Assembly (NCBI GenBank): GCA_963740635.1
Contig: CAVUEQ010000001.1
Location: 337,026-401,025 of the forward strand
DNA from: an uncultured bacterium
GTDB lineage: Bacteria; Patescibacteriota; Saccharimonadia; UBA4664
Length of the DNA: 64,000 nt
Reading direction: 5' to 3'
This document shows, one piece after another, positions 52,906 through 62,054 of this stretch; position 1 is the stretch's first letter; every line of letters begins with the position of its first letter. Made by a program: the position numbers and the translations under genes. The notes under the pieces are model-generated. The model had not been told where the DNA came from. It did no database searches and saw only the letters and a program-made list of their open reading frames with translations.

Positions 52906-53766
52906 CTAGTGACCCGTGAGACGGCCGATGAGGATGAGCGTGAGGCCGAAGACAGCGATAATGGTGGCTGTAATTTTTTCGCGGAGCTGAGTGCGTTCGT
53001 TTAGAATGAAAACCCCAGCCATCACCGTAATGGGCACGCTCATGCCGGACACGTAGTTGGTGACCGCCAGCGAGCCAAAGAGCAGGGCCAACACGTAACC
53101 CCAGGCCGAGAGCGACCGCAACGCCAGGAGCGTAATGGTGTGCCGGCCGAAATGCTCGATAAAGTGATCCATTTTCACCCGGCGCTGCCAGACCCAGGCC
53201 CAGAGTATGGTCGTGGCGAGTAATCCTGAAACTAGTAGGTAGCGGACCAGGCCGATGTGGACGATGTTGTACTTTTCGAGGGTGGCGTGGGTCGAGAAGA
53301 ACAGCGTGATCAAGATTCCTATGACGATGGGCTTGGATGCGTAGCGCCGTTCGCGGTGGAGGTTGAGGGCGATAATACTGGCGAAAATTATCATCCCGCC
53401 CACGAGCTGTAGCGTTGTTGGTAGTTCGCCCAGGAAAATGAAGCCCAGGATTGTGGTGAATAGTAGGCGCAAGCTGAAAATGATCGTGAATACGGAAACT
53501 TCGAGGTACTTGAGAGCGATGATGCCAAGAAATTGAATCCCAACGAGGAAAAGTCCGTTTAGAACCAGTAGCGCCCATTGCCAGGGCTGCAAGTGCAGAT
53601 CAACTCCGGCGAATGCTACTACGAACAGGACGGGGATGAATACGGCAGTTTGCATGAGGGCCGCCAGGAGAGTCTTGTCGATTTTGCTTAGCGCGCTCCG
53701 GCGCAGCAGCACGGTGTAGCCAACCAGGCCTACCAAGTGGAATGTGAGAAGAGTTACCCAAAGCAT
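52906..53766 (-). CDS. EamA/DMT-family permease
   Basis: 286 aa, 10 TM segments, two EamA-like halves. Confidence 0.8.
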   Translation of the reverse strand: MLWVTLLTFHLVGLVGYTVLLRRSALSKIDKTLLAALMQTAVFIPVLFVVAFAGVDLHLQPWQWALLVLNGLFLVGIQFLGIIALKYLEVSVFTIIFSLRLLFTTILGFIFLGELPTTLQLVGGMIIFASIIALNLHRERRYASKPIVIGILITLFFSTHATLEKYNIVHIGLVRYLLVSGLLATTILWAWVWQRRVKMDHFIEHFGRHTITLLALRSLSAWGYVLALLFGSLAVTNYVSGMSVPITVMAGVFILNERTQLREKITATIIAVFGLTLILIGRLTGH

Positions 53767-53827
53767 AATGATGATTCTAGCACCAAAAAGGCCGCTCTAT
53801 GCGGCCCAGATGGTTTTAATCGAAGCC

Positions 53828-53989
53828 TTATTTAGACTCTTTGAACACGACCACTTTGCGCAGAAGCTTGGAGTACTTCTTGGCGGTGATGCGCTCGGTG
53901 GTATTCTTGGGGTTCTTGGAGGTGGTGTAGACCATGGTGGGGTCCTCGTCGGATCGCAGCGTGATGAAGGGACGGTTGCGCTTGGGCAT
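53828..53989 (-). CDS. rpmG: 50S ribosomal protein L33
   Basis: Own translation (below the track's size cut-off): MPKRNRPFITLRSDEDPTMVYTTSKNPKNTTERITAKKYSKLLRKVVVFKESK*. Confidence 0.8.
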   Translation of the reverse strand: MPKRNRPFITLRSDEDPTMVYTTSKNPKNTTERITAKKYSKLLRKVVVFKESK

Positions 53990-54204
53990 TATTTGGCTTC
54001 CTTGTTATTGTCTTGGTCGGTGGCCTTGGGGGTGATGGCTGAGGCGATGAGGTAGAGCAACAGCCCCGGCACAACGCCGGTCATGACGTCGGCGGTGAGC
54101 ACGATGAGGCGCACGATGGTGACATCGACCTCAAAGTAGTCGGCCAGGCCGGCACACAGGCCGGTGATTTTCTTTTCGCGGGTGTTGAGGACGAGGCGCT
54201 TCAT
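53989..54204 (-). CDS. PspC-domain membrane protein
   Basis: ..KKITGLCAGLADYFEVDVTIVRLIVL.. Its stop overlaps the rpmG start (TAATG). Confidence 0.7.
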   Translation of the reverse strand: MKRLVLNTREKKITGLCAGLADYFEVDVTIVRLIVLTADVMTGVVPGLLLYLIASAITPKATDQDNNKEAK

Positions 54205-54234
54205 GGAAATTAATGAATCCTATAATTTACTAAA

Positions 54235-54309
<75 letters not shown>

Positions 54310-54353
54310 ACGTTGAACTCAGCAACAATAACACAAAATAGATGTTCGGTAAA

Positions 54354-54439
54354 TGGTGCCGGGTGAGAGATTCGAACTCCCGAAGGCTAATGCCAGGTGA
54401 TTTACAGTCACCCCTCGTTGGCCACTTGAGTAACCCGGC
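54354..54439 (-). tRNA. tRNA-Tyr (anticodon GTA), long variable arm, CCA encoded
   Basis: GCCGGGT..GGTGA CTGTAAA TCACC TGGCATTAGCCTTC GGGAG TTCGAAT CTCTC ACCCGGC A CCA. Confidence 0.9.
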
Positions 54440-54455
54440 AGGATGTGAAAATTAC

Positions 54456-54530
54456 TGGAGCCGGCGACAGGAATCGAACCCGTAACCCACACTTTACAAA
54501 AGTGTTGCTCTACCGTTGAGCCACGCCGGC
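54456..54530 (-). tRNA. tRNA-Thr (anticodon TGT), CCA encoded
   Basis: GCCGGCG TG GCTC AACGGTA GAGC A ACACT TTTGTAA AGTGT GGGTT ACGGG TTCGATT CCTGT CGCCGGC T CCA. Confidence 0.9.
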
Positions 54531-54563
54531 CTAAAGAACCTGGATAGTGTAACAGTTCCCGGG

Positions 54564-55229
54564 TTATGTGGGCAAGTGGATGCCGAGGCGGCGCGCGGCG
54601 GTGCGATTGGACGGCTCGAGCTCGTAGATGCGGCGGTAGGTGGCCTTGGCGTCGCTGGGGCGTTCGGCTTCGTCGTAGGCATCGGCTAGGCGCTGGAGGG
54701 TGCGGACGGCCGGCTCGAGGTCTACGGCCTGGCTGAAGGCGGTGATAGCCGAGGCGGTGTCTTTGAGCTTGAGATGCGCCTTGCCGAGGCCGACGAAGCG
54801 CTGTGCGGACGGCTCGAGCATGATGGCCTTTTGGTAGGCGGCCACGGATTTGATGTAGTTGCGGTTATCGTAGAAGGCCAGCGCGAGGTTCTGGAGAGTG
54901 CTGCCGGAGGGGTGGAGCCGGGTGGCTATTTGGAAACATTCGATAGCGTCGGGCATGTTCTTTTGGGTTGAGTAAATTATGCCTAAGTGTACGTAGGCGG
55001 TGACGTTTTTGTGGTCAATCTTGAGGACGTTCAGGTAGGCCTTTTCGGCCGCCAGCCACTTGCGTTCGGAGTAGAGGCGGTCGGCGAAGGTGGTGAGAGC
55101 GGCGAGTTGGGGGTTGGGCCGCTTGGGGGCTAGCGTGGGTGCCGGCTGGGCTGCTTGGGTGTGGGCGAGGCCGGATAGGCTGCGGGCCAGCACCAGCCAG
55201 GCCCCGGCGATGACGACCAGCTCGTACAC
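54564..55229 (-). CDS. Membrane-anchored tetratricopeptide-repeat protein
   Basis: N-terminal TM segment, then repeated 34-aa A..Y..AL..DP-type units. Confidence 0.7.
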   Translation of the reverse strand: MYELVVIAGAWLVLARSLSGLAHTQAAQPAPTLAPKRPNPQLAALTTFADRLYSERKWLAAEKAYLNVLKIDHKNVTAYVHLGIIYSTQKNMPDAIECFQIATRLHPSGSTLQNLALAFYDNRNYIKSVAAYQKAIMLEPSAQRFVGLGKAHLKLKDTASAITAFSQAVDLEPAVRTLQRLADAYDEAERPSDAKATYRRIYELEPSNRTAARRLGIHLPT

Positions 55230-55262
55230 TAGCCGCGCTCCCTCATTAGCTGAGTCCCCTCA

Positions 55263-56036
55263 TTAGCCTAGCTCCAGCATGAGGCGCTCGAGGGCAACCC
55301 GGGGCGAGACTTTGGCCGCCAGCTGAGTGCGGTAGGTCTCGAGGGCGGCGAGGCGCCGGCTGGCCGTTGGCGGATCGAGTTCGGCTGCTGCCACGGCGGC
55401 GGTGGTGCGGTGGTGAAGTTCTTCGCCAAAGGCCTGGAGGTCGGCGCCGGAACCGGCCAGCCGCGTAGCCAGGAGCAGCTTCTCGAACAAACTGCTGGTG
55501 GTGGCGGTGTTAACGGCGGCTTCAAGGGCCGGGGCCCGCTCAGCGGCTGCGGTATTAGCGCCGGGGCCGGCGTTGGCACTGCTGCCGGCGGGCTCTAGAA
55601 ACCGCACGGCCCGGCAGCGCGAGCGGACGGTGGGCAGAAGGCTTTCGATGTTGTCAGCCACCAGGATAATGAGTGTGGCCGGGGGTGGTTCTTCCAGGAG
55701 TTTGAGCAGGGCGTTTTGGGCTTCTGGGGTGAGAAGATGCGCGTCTTCAATGATGGCTACGCGGGTGGCGCCGGCGGTGTACGTCCGCAGCGCCAGCTCC
55801 GTGATGAGGCCCCTGACCTGCTCGATGCCGAGGCTGGGTTTGTCGCCGCGGTTGATGCGGATGAGGTCAGGGTAACGGCAAGGCAGGAGCGCGGCTAATT
55901 CGAGGGCGGGGGCGATGGGGCCAAGGCTGGGCGGGCCGTGGAATATGACGCTGCCGGCCGGATGATTGAGCAGCCCTTCGAGCTGGGCGGCGGTGCCCGG
56001 ATGCAGGATGAGCTTGGAGCTGAACGCCTGATTCAT
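55263..56036 (-). CDS. holB: DNA polymerase III delta' subunit
   Basis: ..VIFHGPPSLGP.., ..NALLKLLEEPPPATLIILVADNIESLLPTVRSRC.. Confidence 0.75.
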   Translation of the reverse strand: MNQAFSSKLILHPGTAAQLEGLLNHPAGSVIFHGPPSLGPIAPALELAALLPCRYPDLIRINRGDKPSLGIEQVRGLITELALRTYTAGATRVAIIEDAHLLTPEAQNALLKLLEEPPPATLIILVADNIESLLPTVRSRCRAVRFLEPAGSSANAGPGANTAAAERAPALEAAVNTATTSSLFEKLLLATRLAGSGADLQAFGEELHHRTTAAVAAAELDPPTASRRLAALETYRTQLAAKVSPRVALERLMLELG

Positions 56037-56038
56037 GG

Positions 56039-56947
56039 CTATGACTCCCCCGCCTCGAGCCGGCGGAGGGCCTGCCGCAGGTCGGCCGGCAAGGGGCAGG
56101 CGAGCTTGAGCTGCCGGCCTGAGGGCGCTGTAAACTCTAGCGCGGCGGCGTGGAGGAACTGCCGGCGCAGCCCCAGCGGCCGGCGCGGCGGGCCATAGGT
56201 GGTATCGCCGGCCACGGGGTGGCCGAGCGCCGCGAAATGCACCCGCAGCTGGTGGGTGCGGCCGGTGAGCGGGCGGGCCTCCAGGAGGCTGTAGCCGCGG
56301 TAGCGCCGGCTGGTGCGGTAGCTGGTGGAGGCATCGCGCCCGTCCGCCACCACCGCCGAGCGCAAGGGGTGCGCCGGATTGCGTCCGAGCGGCAGATTGA
56401 TGACGGCCGCTTCGTGCGGTGTATGCCCCACCACCAGCAGCTGGTAGGTTTTGTGGACCCGGCGGCCCTTGAACGCCGCCTGCAGGTAGGCCTTGGCCGC
56501 CGGATTTTTGGCGATCACCAGCAGGCCGGATGTGTCCCGGTCGAGCCGGTGCACAATCCCCGGCCGCTGCGGGTCTTCGGTGTCGGTGGTGCGCGCGCGG
56601 GCGAAGTCGGCCACGGTGGCGGCCGGCAAGGTGGCGCGGCCCGCGCCTGGATGCACCGTGATGCCCGCCGGCTTATCTACCACCAACAGGTCATCATCCT
56701 CATAAACCACCGTTAGTTCCGGGGCGACGAGAGCGCCCGCCGCAGAGGCCGGCTCCGGCCGCACCTCCACCTGGTCGCCGGTTTGCATCAGGTAGCTGGC
56801 GCGCCCGGGCCGCCCGTTCACGCTCACTAGCCCCGACCGAACCAGCCGGGCGGCCTGGCTGCGCGGCTGGCCCGTCACGGCGGCCAAATACACATCGAGC
56901 CGCTCGTGAGCGGCTCCGGCAGGCGCGGTGAAGGCGTTTGCCGTCAC
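56039..56947 (-). CDS. rluD: RluA-family 23S rRNA pseudouridine synthase (RluD-like) with an S4 domain
   Basis: ..ERLDVYLA.., ..LLVVDKPAGITVHPG.., ..HRLDRDTSGLLVIAKN.. Confidence 0.85.
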   Translation of the reverse strand: MTANAFTAPAGAAHERLDVYLAAVTGQPRSQAARLVRSGLVSVNGRPGRASYLMQTGDQVEVRPEPASAAGALVAPELTVVYEDDDLLVVDKPAGITVHPGAGRATLPAATVADFARARTTDTEDPQRPGIVHRLDRDTSGLLVIAKNPAAKAYLQAAFKGRRVHKTYQLLVVGHTPHEAAVINLPLGRNPAHPLRSAVVADGRDASTSYRTSRRYRGYSLLEARPLTGRTHQLRVHFAALGHPVAGDTTYGPPRRPLGLRRQFLHAAALEFTAPSGRQLKLACPLPADLRQALRRLEAGES

Positions 56948-57939
56948 CGGATGATCTCCGATGCGCTCGTGAGGTCGGGTTTCGCTCCAAGTATAATGAG
57001 CCGGTCGCCCGGGTAGATAATTTCTTTGCCTGTAGGCCGCACGCGGCTGGTGCCGTCCGCGCCGTTGATGGCAATGACCGTGGCGCCGATTTCGCCCTCG
57101 GCGAGGGTTTTGCCAAGCCGGTGCCCGGCCAGCTTCGAGCCCTGGCTGACTACCATTTCCTCAACCTCGAGCTCGGTGAGGCCGTTTTTGCCGGTCATGA
57201 TGTCCATGTAGTCGACCACGTTGGGCCGCAGCGCCATCGAAGCCATGTGGTAGCCGCCGATTTGGTACGGCATGGCCACCCGGTTGGCGCCGGCGTGCTT
57301 GAGCTTGGATTCATTTTCGGGGCGGTTGGCCCTGGCCACAATGTACAAATCCGGGTTGAGCGCCCGGGCGGCCAGGACCACAAACAGGTTCAGCGAATCC
57401 TCGCTGAGGCAAGCCACCAGCCCGGCGGCCCGCTCGATGCCGACAGCTTTGAGCGCTGACTCATCGGTTGAGTCCATCGTGAGCGCCATTTGGCCTTTTT
57501 CGAGCGCGTCGTGGACCTTGGCGTCGTCGCGGTCGAGTCCCACGAACGGCACATTCTCGTGCTGCATCTCTCCGGCGACTTGCGCTCCCACGCGTCCAAG
57601 CCCGCAAACAATGTAATGCTCTTTTAGTTTTTCGACTTTTGTTAACACTCTTATCCTGCGTACGTTATCACTAAGACCCATCATATATTCGGCTAACCAC
57701 TTGAGCAAATAGGCGACTAAGCCGAGGCTCGAGATTATCAGGATTACTACCAGAAGGCGCGACGGAGTGTCGCGAAACCCGAAGTGGTCGTAGTGAGTGA
57801 GCAGGATGATGAGCGTGGTGTAGAGCGCCTCCCAAATGGATATGTGTGCGAAGTAGGCAAAGCCAAACGTACCGAGCATGGCAATGCCCACAACAAAAAT
57901 GATGAGTCCACGGATGGTCCGCTTGGTATGCTCCTTCAT
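56944..57939 (-). CDS. 2-TM pore-loop channel with RCK (TrkA-N/TrkA-C) domains; non-canonical selectivity filter
   Basis: Pore helix SIWEALYTTLIILLT followed by HYDHFG instead of TVGYGD. Rossmann IVCGLGRVG. C-terminal TrkA-C. Confidence 0.75.
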   Translation of the reverse strand: MKEHTKRTIRGLIIFVVGIAMLGTFGFAYFAHISIWEALYTTLIILLTHYDHFGFRDTPSRLLVVILIISSLGLVAYLLKWLAEYMMGLSDNVRRIRVLTKVEKLKEHYIVCGLGRVGAQVAGEMQHENVPFVGLDRDDAKVHDALEKGQMALTMDSTDESALKAVGIERAAGLVACLSEDSLNLFVVLAARALNPDLYIVARANRPENESKLKHAGANRVAMPYQIGGYHMASMALRPNVVDYMDIMTGKNGLTELEVEEMVVSQGSKLAGHRLGKTLAEGEIGATVIAINGADGTSRVRPTGKEIIYPGDRLIILGAKPDLTSASEIIR

Positions 57940-57977
57940 TAATATGAATTATAGCGCTTGTGCTCGACTATGTCATA

Positions 57978-59351
57978 ATGCAAAACATGGATACATTACC
58001 AGTATTAGTGACCACTCAATTTGGGACTGTGTTTTTAATGTTCGCCATAATCTTGCTGGCGGCCACCGTAAGCAACGTGATCGAGCGGTTTGGGCAGCCG
58101 CCGGTCGTTGGCCAGCTGCTCGCGGGTATCGTATTGTCGGCGCTTGGTTATTTTGGCTGGGGATTGATGCAGGAGGCAGCGACCAATACCATTCTGGCGT
58201 TTTTGGCTAGCTTCGGGGCCGTGATATTGTTGCTGTCAGCGGGTGTCGAGTCGAAGGTGCGCAGCCTGGCTAAGGTAGGCGCGAGTGCCCTGGCGGTGGC
58301 TCTTATCGGCGTGACGGTGCCTTTTTTGTCGGGCGTGTACTGGCTGGGACCGTGGCTGTTTCCGGACCAAAACGAGATTGCTTACTGGTTTTTGGGAGCG
58401 GCCTTAGTAGCAACCAGTGTGGGCATATCGGTAGCAATTTTCCGCGCGCTGGATATTGTGCGGACCCGGGCAGCCCAGACGGTGCTGGCGGCGGCCATCT
58501 TCGATGACATTCTGGGGCTCGTGATTTTGGCGGTGATGTCGGAGCTCGCAATCACGGGCAACATCGGGGTGAATGCGGTGAGCTTAATGGTGGTCAAATC
58601 GGTGGGCTTTTTATTTGGCTCTTTGGTGATCGGACAAGTCTCGGCCCAAGCTGTATCGAAGCTTTTCAGCAAACTCAACCACAACGCCACTTCCAAACTG
58701 GTGCTGGCGGTAACGTTGGCGCTCGTGCTCGGTTATGTGGCGGAGCTAGTGGGCCTGCAGCCGATTATCGGCGCGTTTGCGGCGGGTCTTTTGCTTACCG
58801 GCATGGCGTTCCAGGATTATGAGGAGTCGGACGTGGTGGAGGACCTGCTGTACCTGCGTAACGACTCGGACTCGGTGGACCGGCCCAAGATCAACCGGCT
58901 AATCGGCAAACACCGGCGGGCGCACCTGGGGGGTATGATCGACACGCTGGGGGCGGTGTCGGTGCCGGTGTTTTTCGTGTTTACGGGGCTCCAGATTAAT
59001 TTCGGCTCGCTATTGGACCCAGAGGTGTATGCGGCGGCCATTATCGTATCGGCAGTGGCGGTAGTGGGCAAAGTCGTGGCCGGCTTGGCTGCACGGGGCC
59101 GCATGAGGGAGAAGCTGGTGGTCGGCATCTCGATGGTTCCGCGCGGCGAGGTAGGGCTGATTTTCGCGGCTACAGCCAAGGCGCTGGGCGTTTTCGACGA
59201 GTCGATGTACTCGGTAGTTCTATTAACCATCGTCATTACCACTTTTGTGGCCCCGCCGGTGCTGATGCGCTTGATTGGCGTGCATGAAGGTTTAGGGTCG
59301 CGGGCGGCACGGCTGTTGGGCGGATTATTCGGCCGTCCAATCGAATCATAG
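57978..59351 (+). CDS. Cation:proton antiporter (CPA2/Kef-type Na+/H+ exchanger family)
   Basis: About 12 TM segments, ..AAIFDDILGLVILAV.. motif. Trimmed to ATG 57978. Confidence 0.8.
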   Translation: MQNMDTLPVLVTTQFGTVFLMFAIILLAATVSNVIERFGQPPVVGQLLAGIVLSALGYFGWGLMQEAATNTILAFLASFGAVILLLSAGVESKVRSLAKVGASALAVALIGVTVPFLSGVYWLGPWLFPDQNEIAYWFLGAALVATSVGISVAIFRALDIVRTRAAQTVLAAAIFDDILGLVILAVMSELAITGNIGVNAVSLMVVKSVGFLFGSLVIGQVSAQAVSKLFSKLNHNATSKLVLAVTLALVLGYVAELVGLQPIIGAFAAGLLLTGMAFQDYEESDVVEDLLYLRNDSDSVDRPKINRLIGKHRRAHLGGMIDTLGAVSVPVFFVFTGLQINFGSLLDPEVYAAAIIVSAVAVVGKVVAGLAARGRMREKLVVGISMVPRGEVGLIFAATAKALGVFDESMYSVVLLTIVITTFVAPPVLMRLIGVHEGLGSRAARLLGGLFGRPIES

Positions 59352-59415
59352 CCTAAGGAAAACCAAAGCACTCGCTGCGCGGTTACGGTAGGAGTGCGAG
59401 ATACGTCAGAGGGGT

Positions 59416-60708
59416 TTAGTGCGGCAAGTTTAGCAGGAAGCGGCGGAATTCATGGTAATTGGTGGTGGCGGCCTTCACGCGGGCCGGGCGCTCGCGGAGT
59501 GTGTCCAGGAGACGGGAGTTGGCCACGGGAATGCCGCACTTGGCTTCGATTTCGCGCGCGAATTTCTGGGGGGAGGCGGTGGCCACAATGACGTCGGCCA
59601 CGCCTTCGGCCGGGTTGGCGTCGCCGGCGGCCCAGGCGACGGCGGTGTGCGGGTCGAGCAGGTAGCCGTGCTCGCGCCAGACTTGTTGGATGGTCGTGCG
59701 GATAACCCGGTCGGTGATGGTAGCGCCGGTGATGGTGGCGGTGAGTTTGGCATGGTCGCCGCCAAAAACCTGGATCAGGCGCGGCAGGTTGTTGGGCCGG
59801 CCGACGTCCATGGCGTTGGCAAACGTGGCCGTGACGGTGCGCGCCTGTGCGTCCGCAGACAGCAGGTAGCGGTGGAGCAAATCATTGACATTGCAAGCGG
59901 CCAGGAACGAATGGATGGGCAGGCCCATGGCGCGCGCCAGGGCGCCGGCGGTGAGGTTGCCGAGGTTGCCCGAGGGCACCACAAAGCGAAGACGGCGGTC
60001 CAGGCCGTGGCCGGCCAGCGCGCCGGTAGCGTAGTAGGTCATTTGCGGCAAGAGGCGGCCCATGCTGATCGAATTGGCCGACGTGAGGCCAAGGCCCGCC
60101 AGCCGCGGGTCGCCGAGCGCGCGCTTCACCAGGTCCTGGCAGTCGTCGAATGTGCCGCCGACTTCCAGGGTACTAACGTTGGACGCCACGCGCGTGAGCT
60201 GCTCGCGCTGGAGCTGGCTGACGCGGCCGCGCGGGAATAGCACCACCACGGTGGTTCCGGGCACGTCCGCGAAACCCTGGGCGATGGCGCCGCCGGTGTC
60301 GCCGCTGGTGGCTACCAGTACTATCCGGGAACGTTGGGTTTTTTGGCTGTAGTAGCCCATAAATGCCGCCAGATAGCGGGCGGCGACGTCCTTGAAGGCG
60401 GCCGTGGGGCCATGGAACACTTCGAGGATCAGCTTGTTGCCAACCGGCACCAATGGTACGTCGAAGGTACTGGCCTGGGCGATAATAGCGTCGAGCTCGG
60501 CGGGGGCCAGCTCGTCTGAGAGCCACGCGCCCAGCACCGTCCGGGCCACTTCTTGGCGGGAGGCGCCGGCGAGACGGGCGAGTTTCGATCGCGGGATGGT
60601 TGGAATGACCTCAGGGAAATACAAGCTGCCGCCTGAGGCAATCCCCCGCTCTACAGCCTCCTGAAAACTCGCCGTATCGGTTGGGTTTCCGAGGCTGTAA
60701 AACTTCAT
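59416..60708 (-). CDS. thrC: Threonine synthase (E. coli ThrC type)
   Basis: MKFYSLGNPTDTASFQEAV.., ..FHGPTAAFKDVAAR.. (PLP lysine), ..ATSGDTGGA.., ..SANSISMGRLL.., ..PSGNLGNLTAG.. Confidence 0.9.
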   Translation of the reverse strand: MKFYSLGNPTDTASFQEAVERGIASGGSLYFPEVIPTIPRSKLARLAGASRQEVARTVLGAWLSDELAPAELDAIIAQASTFDVPLVPVGNKLILEVFHGPTAAFKDVAARYLAAFMGYYSQKTQRSRIVLVATSGDTGGAIAQGFADVPGTTVVVLFPRGRVSQLQREQLTRVASNVSTLEVGGTFDDCQDLVKRALGDPRLAGLGLTSANSISMGRLLPQMTYYATGALAGHGLDRRLRFVVPSGNLGNLTAGALARAMGLPIHSFLAACNVNDLLHRYLLSADAQARTVTATFANAMDVGRPNNLPRLIQVFGGDHAKLTATITGATITDRVIRTTIQQVWREHGYLLDPHTAVAWAAGDANPAEGVADVIVATASPQKFAREIEAKCGIPVANSRLLDTLRERPARVKAATTNYHEFRRFLLNLPH

Positions 60709-60712
60709 TGGC

Positions 60713-61111
60713 TTACCGCTTGGAGAACTGCGAAGCTTTGCGGGCCTTCTTGAGACCGGGCTTCATGCGCTCTTTTTCGCGGGGGTCGCGGGTGAGGAAA
60801 CCGGCCTTCTTGAGGGTGGGCCGCAGGTCTTCGCTCATGACGTTGAGAGCGCGGGCGATGGCCAGCTGGGCCGCTTCGGCCTGGCCGCGCTTGCCGCCGC
60901 CCTGGACATGCAGGCTCACGCGCAGCTTCTGTTCAACGCCGGCGAGTTTGAGGGGCTGCTCCACGACGGTCATGAGAGCGGCGTTATTGAAGTAGTCTGC
61001 CGCGGTCTTGTCGCCAACCACGATCTCGCCCTTGCCGGGGTAGAGCCGGGCAGTAGCGATGGCTTCCTTGCGGCGGCCGCGGGCGTAGTGGTAGTGAGCT
61101 GATTCTGCCAT
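60713..61111 (-). CDS. rpsI: 30S ribosomal protein S9
   Basis: ..GRRKEAIATARLYPGKG.., ends ..KKARKASQFSKR. Confidence 0.95.
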   Translation of the reverse strand: MAESAHYHYARGRRKEAIATARLYPGKGEIVVGDKTAADYFNNAALMTVVEQPLKLAGVEQKLRVSLHVQGGGKRGQAEAAQLAIARALNVMSEDLRPTLKKAGFLTRDPREKERMKPGLKKARKASQFSKR

Positions 61112-61545
61112 TATTTGGCCTCCAGGGGTTTAGGATTCTGGCCCGCGTGCGGGTGGTCGGCGCCGGGATAAACCTTGAGGCGGCGCAGGCGGTCGTCGGT
61201 GAGGCGGTTCTTGGGCAGCATGCCGGTGATGGCGCGCTCGACCGCCGAGGCGGGGTTGCGGGCCATGAGCTCGGCGAGGTTGGTTTCTTTGATGCCGCCG
61301 GGGTAGCCGGAGTGGCGGTAGTACTTCTTGTCCTCGAGCTTGTTGCCGGTGACGGCGATCTGGCCGGCGTTGATAATCACGATGTTGTCGCCGCAGTCGA
61401 GGTGCGGGCTGAAGCGGACTTTGTGCTTGCCGAGCAAGTAGGTGGCGGCCAGGGTGGCCAGGCGGCCGAGGGTGACGCCGGTAGCGTCGATCAGGTACCA
61501 GTCGTGGGTGAGGTCGGCCGGTTTGGGCGAATAAGTCTTAAGCAT
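61111..61545 (-). CDS. rplM: 50S ribosomal protein L13
   Basis: ..DWYLIDATGVTLGRLAT.. and ..YYRHSGYPGGIKE.. Confidence 0.95.
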   Translation of the reverse strand: MLKTYSPKPADLTHDWYLIDATGVTLGRLATLAATYLLGKHKVRFSPHLDCGDNIVIINAGQIAVTGNKLEDKKYYRHSGYPGGIKETNLAELMARNPASAVERAITGMLPKNRLTDDRLRRLKVYPGADHPHAGQNPKPLEAK

Positions 61546-62053
61546 TGCCGGGCTCCTCCTTCACTTCGGGCTCTTCGGTAGCGGCGGCTTTGGCTTTGGG
61601 CGCGGCTTTGGCCGGCGCCTTGGCCTCGCCACGGCGAGTCTCCGATTTCTTGGCTTTCTTGGCGGCCGGCGCGGCGGAGACTACAGGCTTGACGTCATTG
61701 AGCACGAGCTCAAGGCGGGCCATGGGGGCGTTGTCGCCGGGGCGGTTGGGCATCTTAATAATCCGGGTGTAACCGCCGCTGCGGCCCTCAAATGCGGGCG
61801 TGAGCTCCTGCTGGAACTTCTGCACGGCGTTTTCGGTGAGCAGCTCGCGGCGCAGGGAGCGGCCGCCGGCCAATGTGTTCTTCTTGGCGTAGGTCACGAG
61901 ACGCTCAAAGGCCGGCGCGACTTCTTTGGCCTTGGGCAGAGTGGTAGTGATAGCCTCGTGCAGTGTCAGCGAGGTGAGCTGGCCACGAACCAGCGCCCGG
62001 CGGGGGCCGGCGTCGCGTTGGAGCTTGCGACCGGTGTAGCCGTGGCGGTGCAT
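61538..62053 (-). CDS. rplQ: 50S ribosomal protein L17 with an Ala/Lys-rich C-terminal extension
   Basis: MHRHGYTGRKLQRDAGPRRAL.., ..GGYTRIIKMPNRPGDNAPMARLELV, then an AKP-rich tail of about 45 aa. Confidence 0.9.
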   Translation of the reverse strand: MHRHGYTGRKLQRDAGPRRALVRGQLTSLTLHEAITTTLPKAKEVAPAFERLVTYAKKNTLAGGRSLRRELLTENAVQKFQQELTPAFEGRSGGYTRIIKMPNRPGDNAPMARLELVLNDVKPVVSAAPAAKKAKKSETRRGEAKAPAKAAPKAKAAATEEPEVKEEPGNA

Positions 62054-62054
62054 G

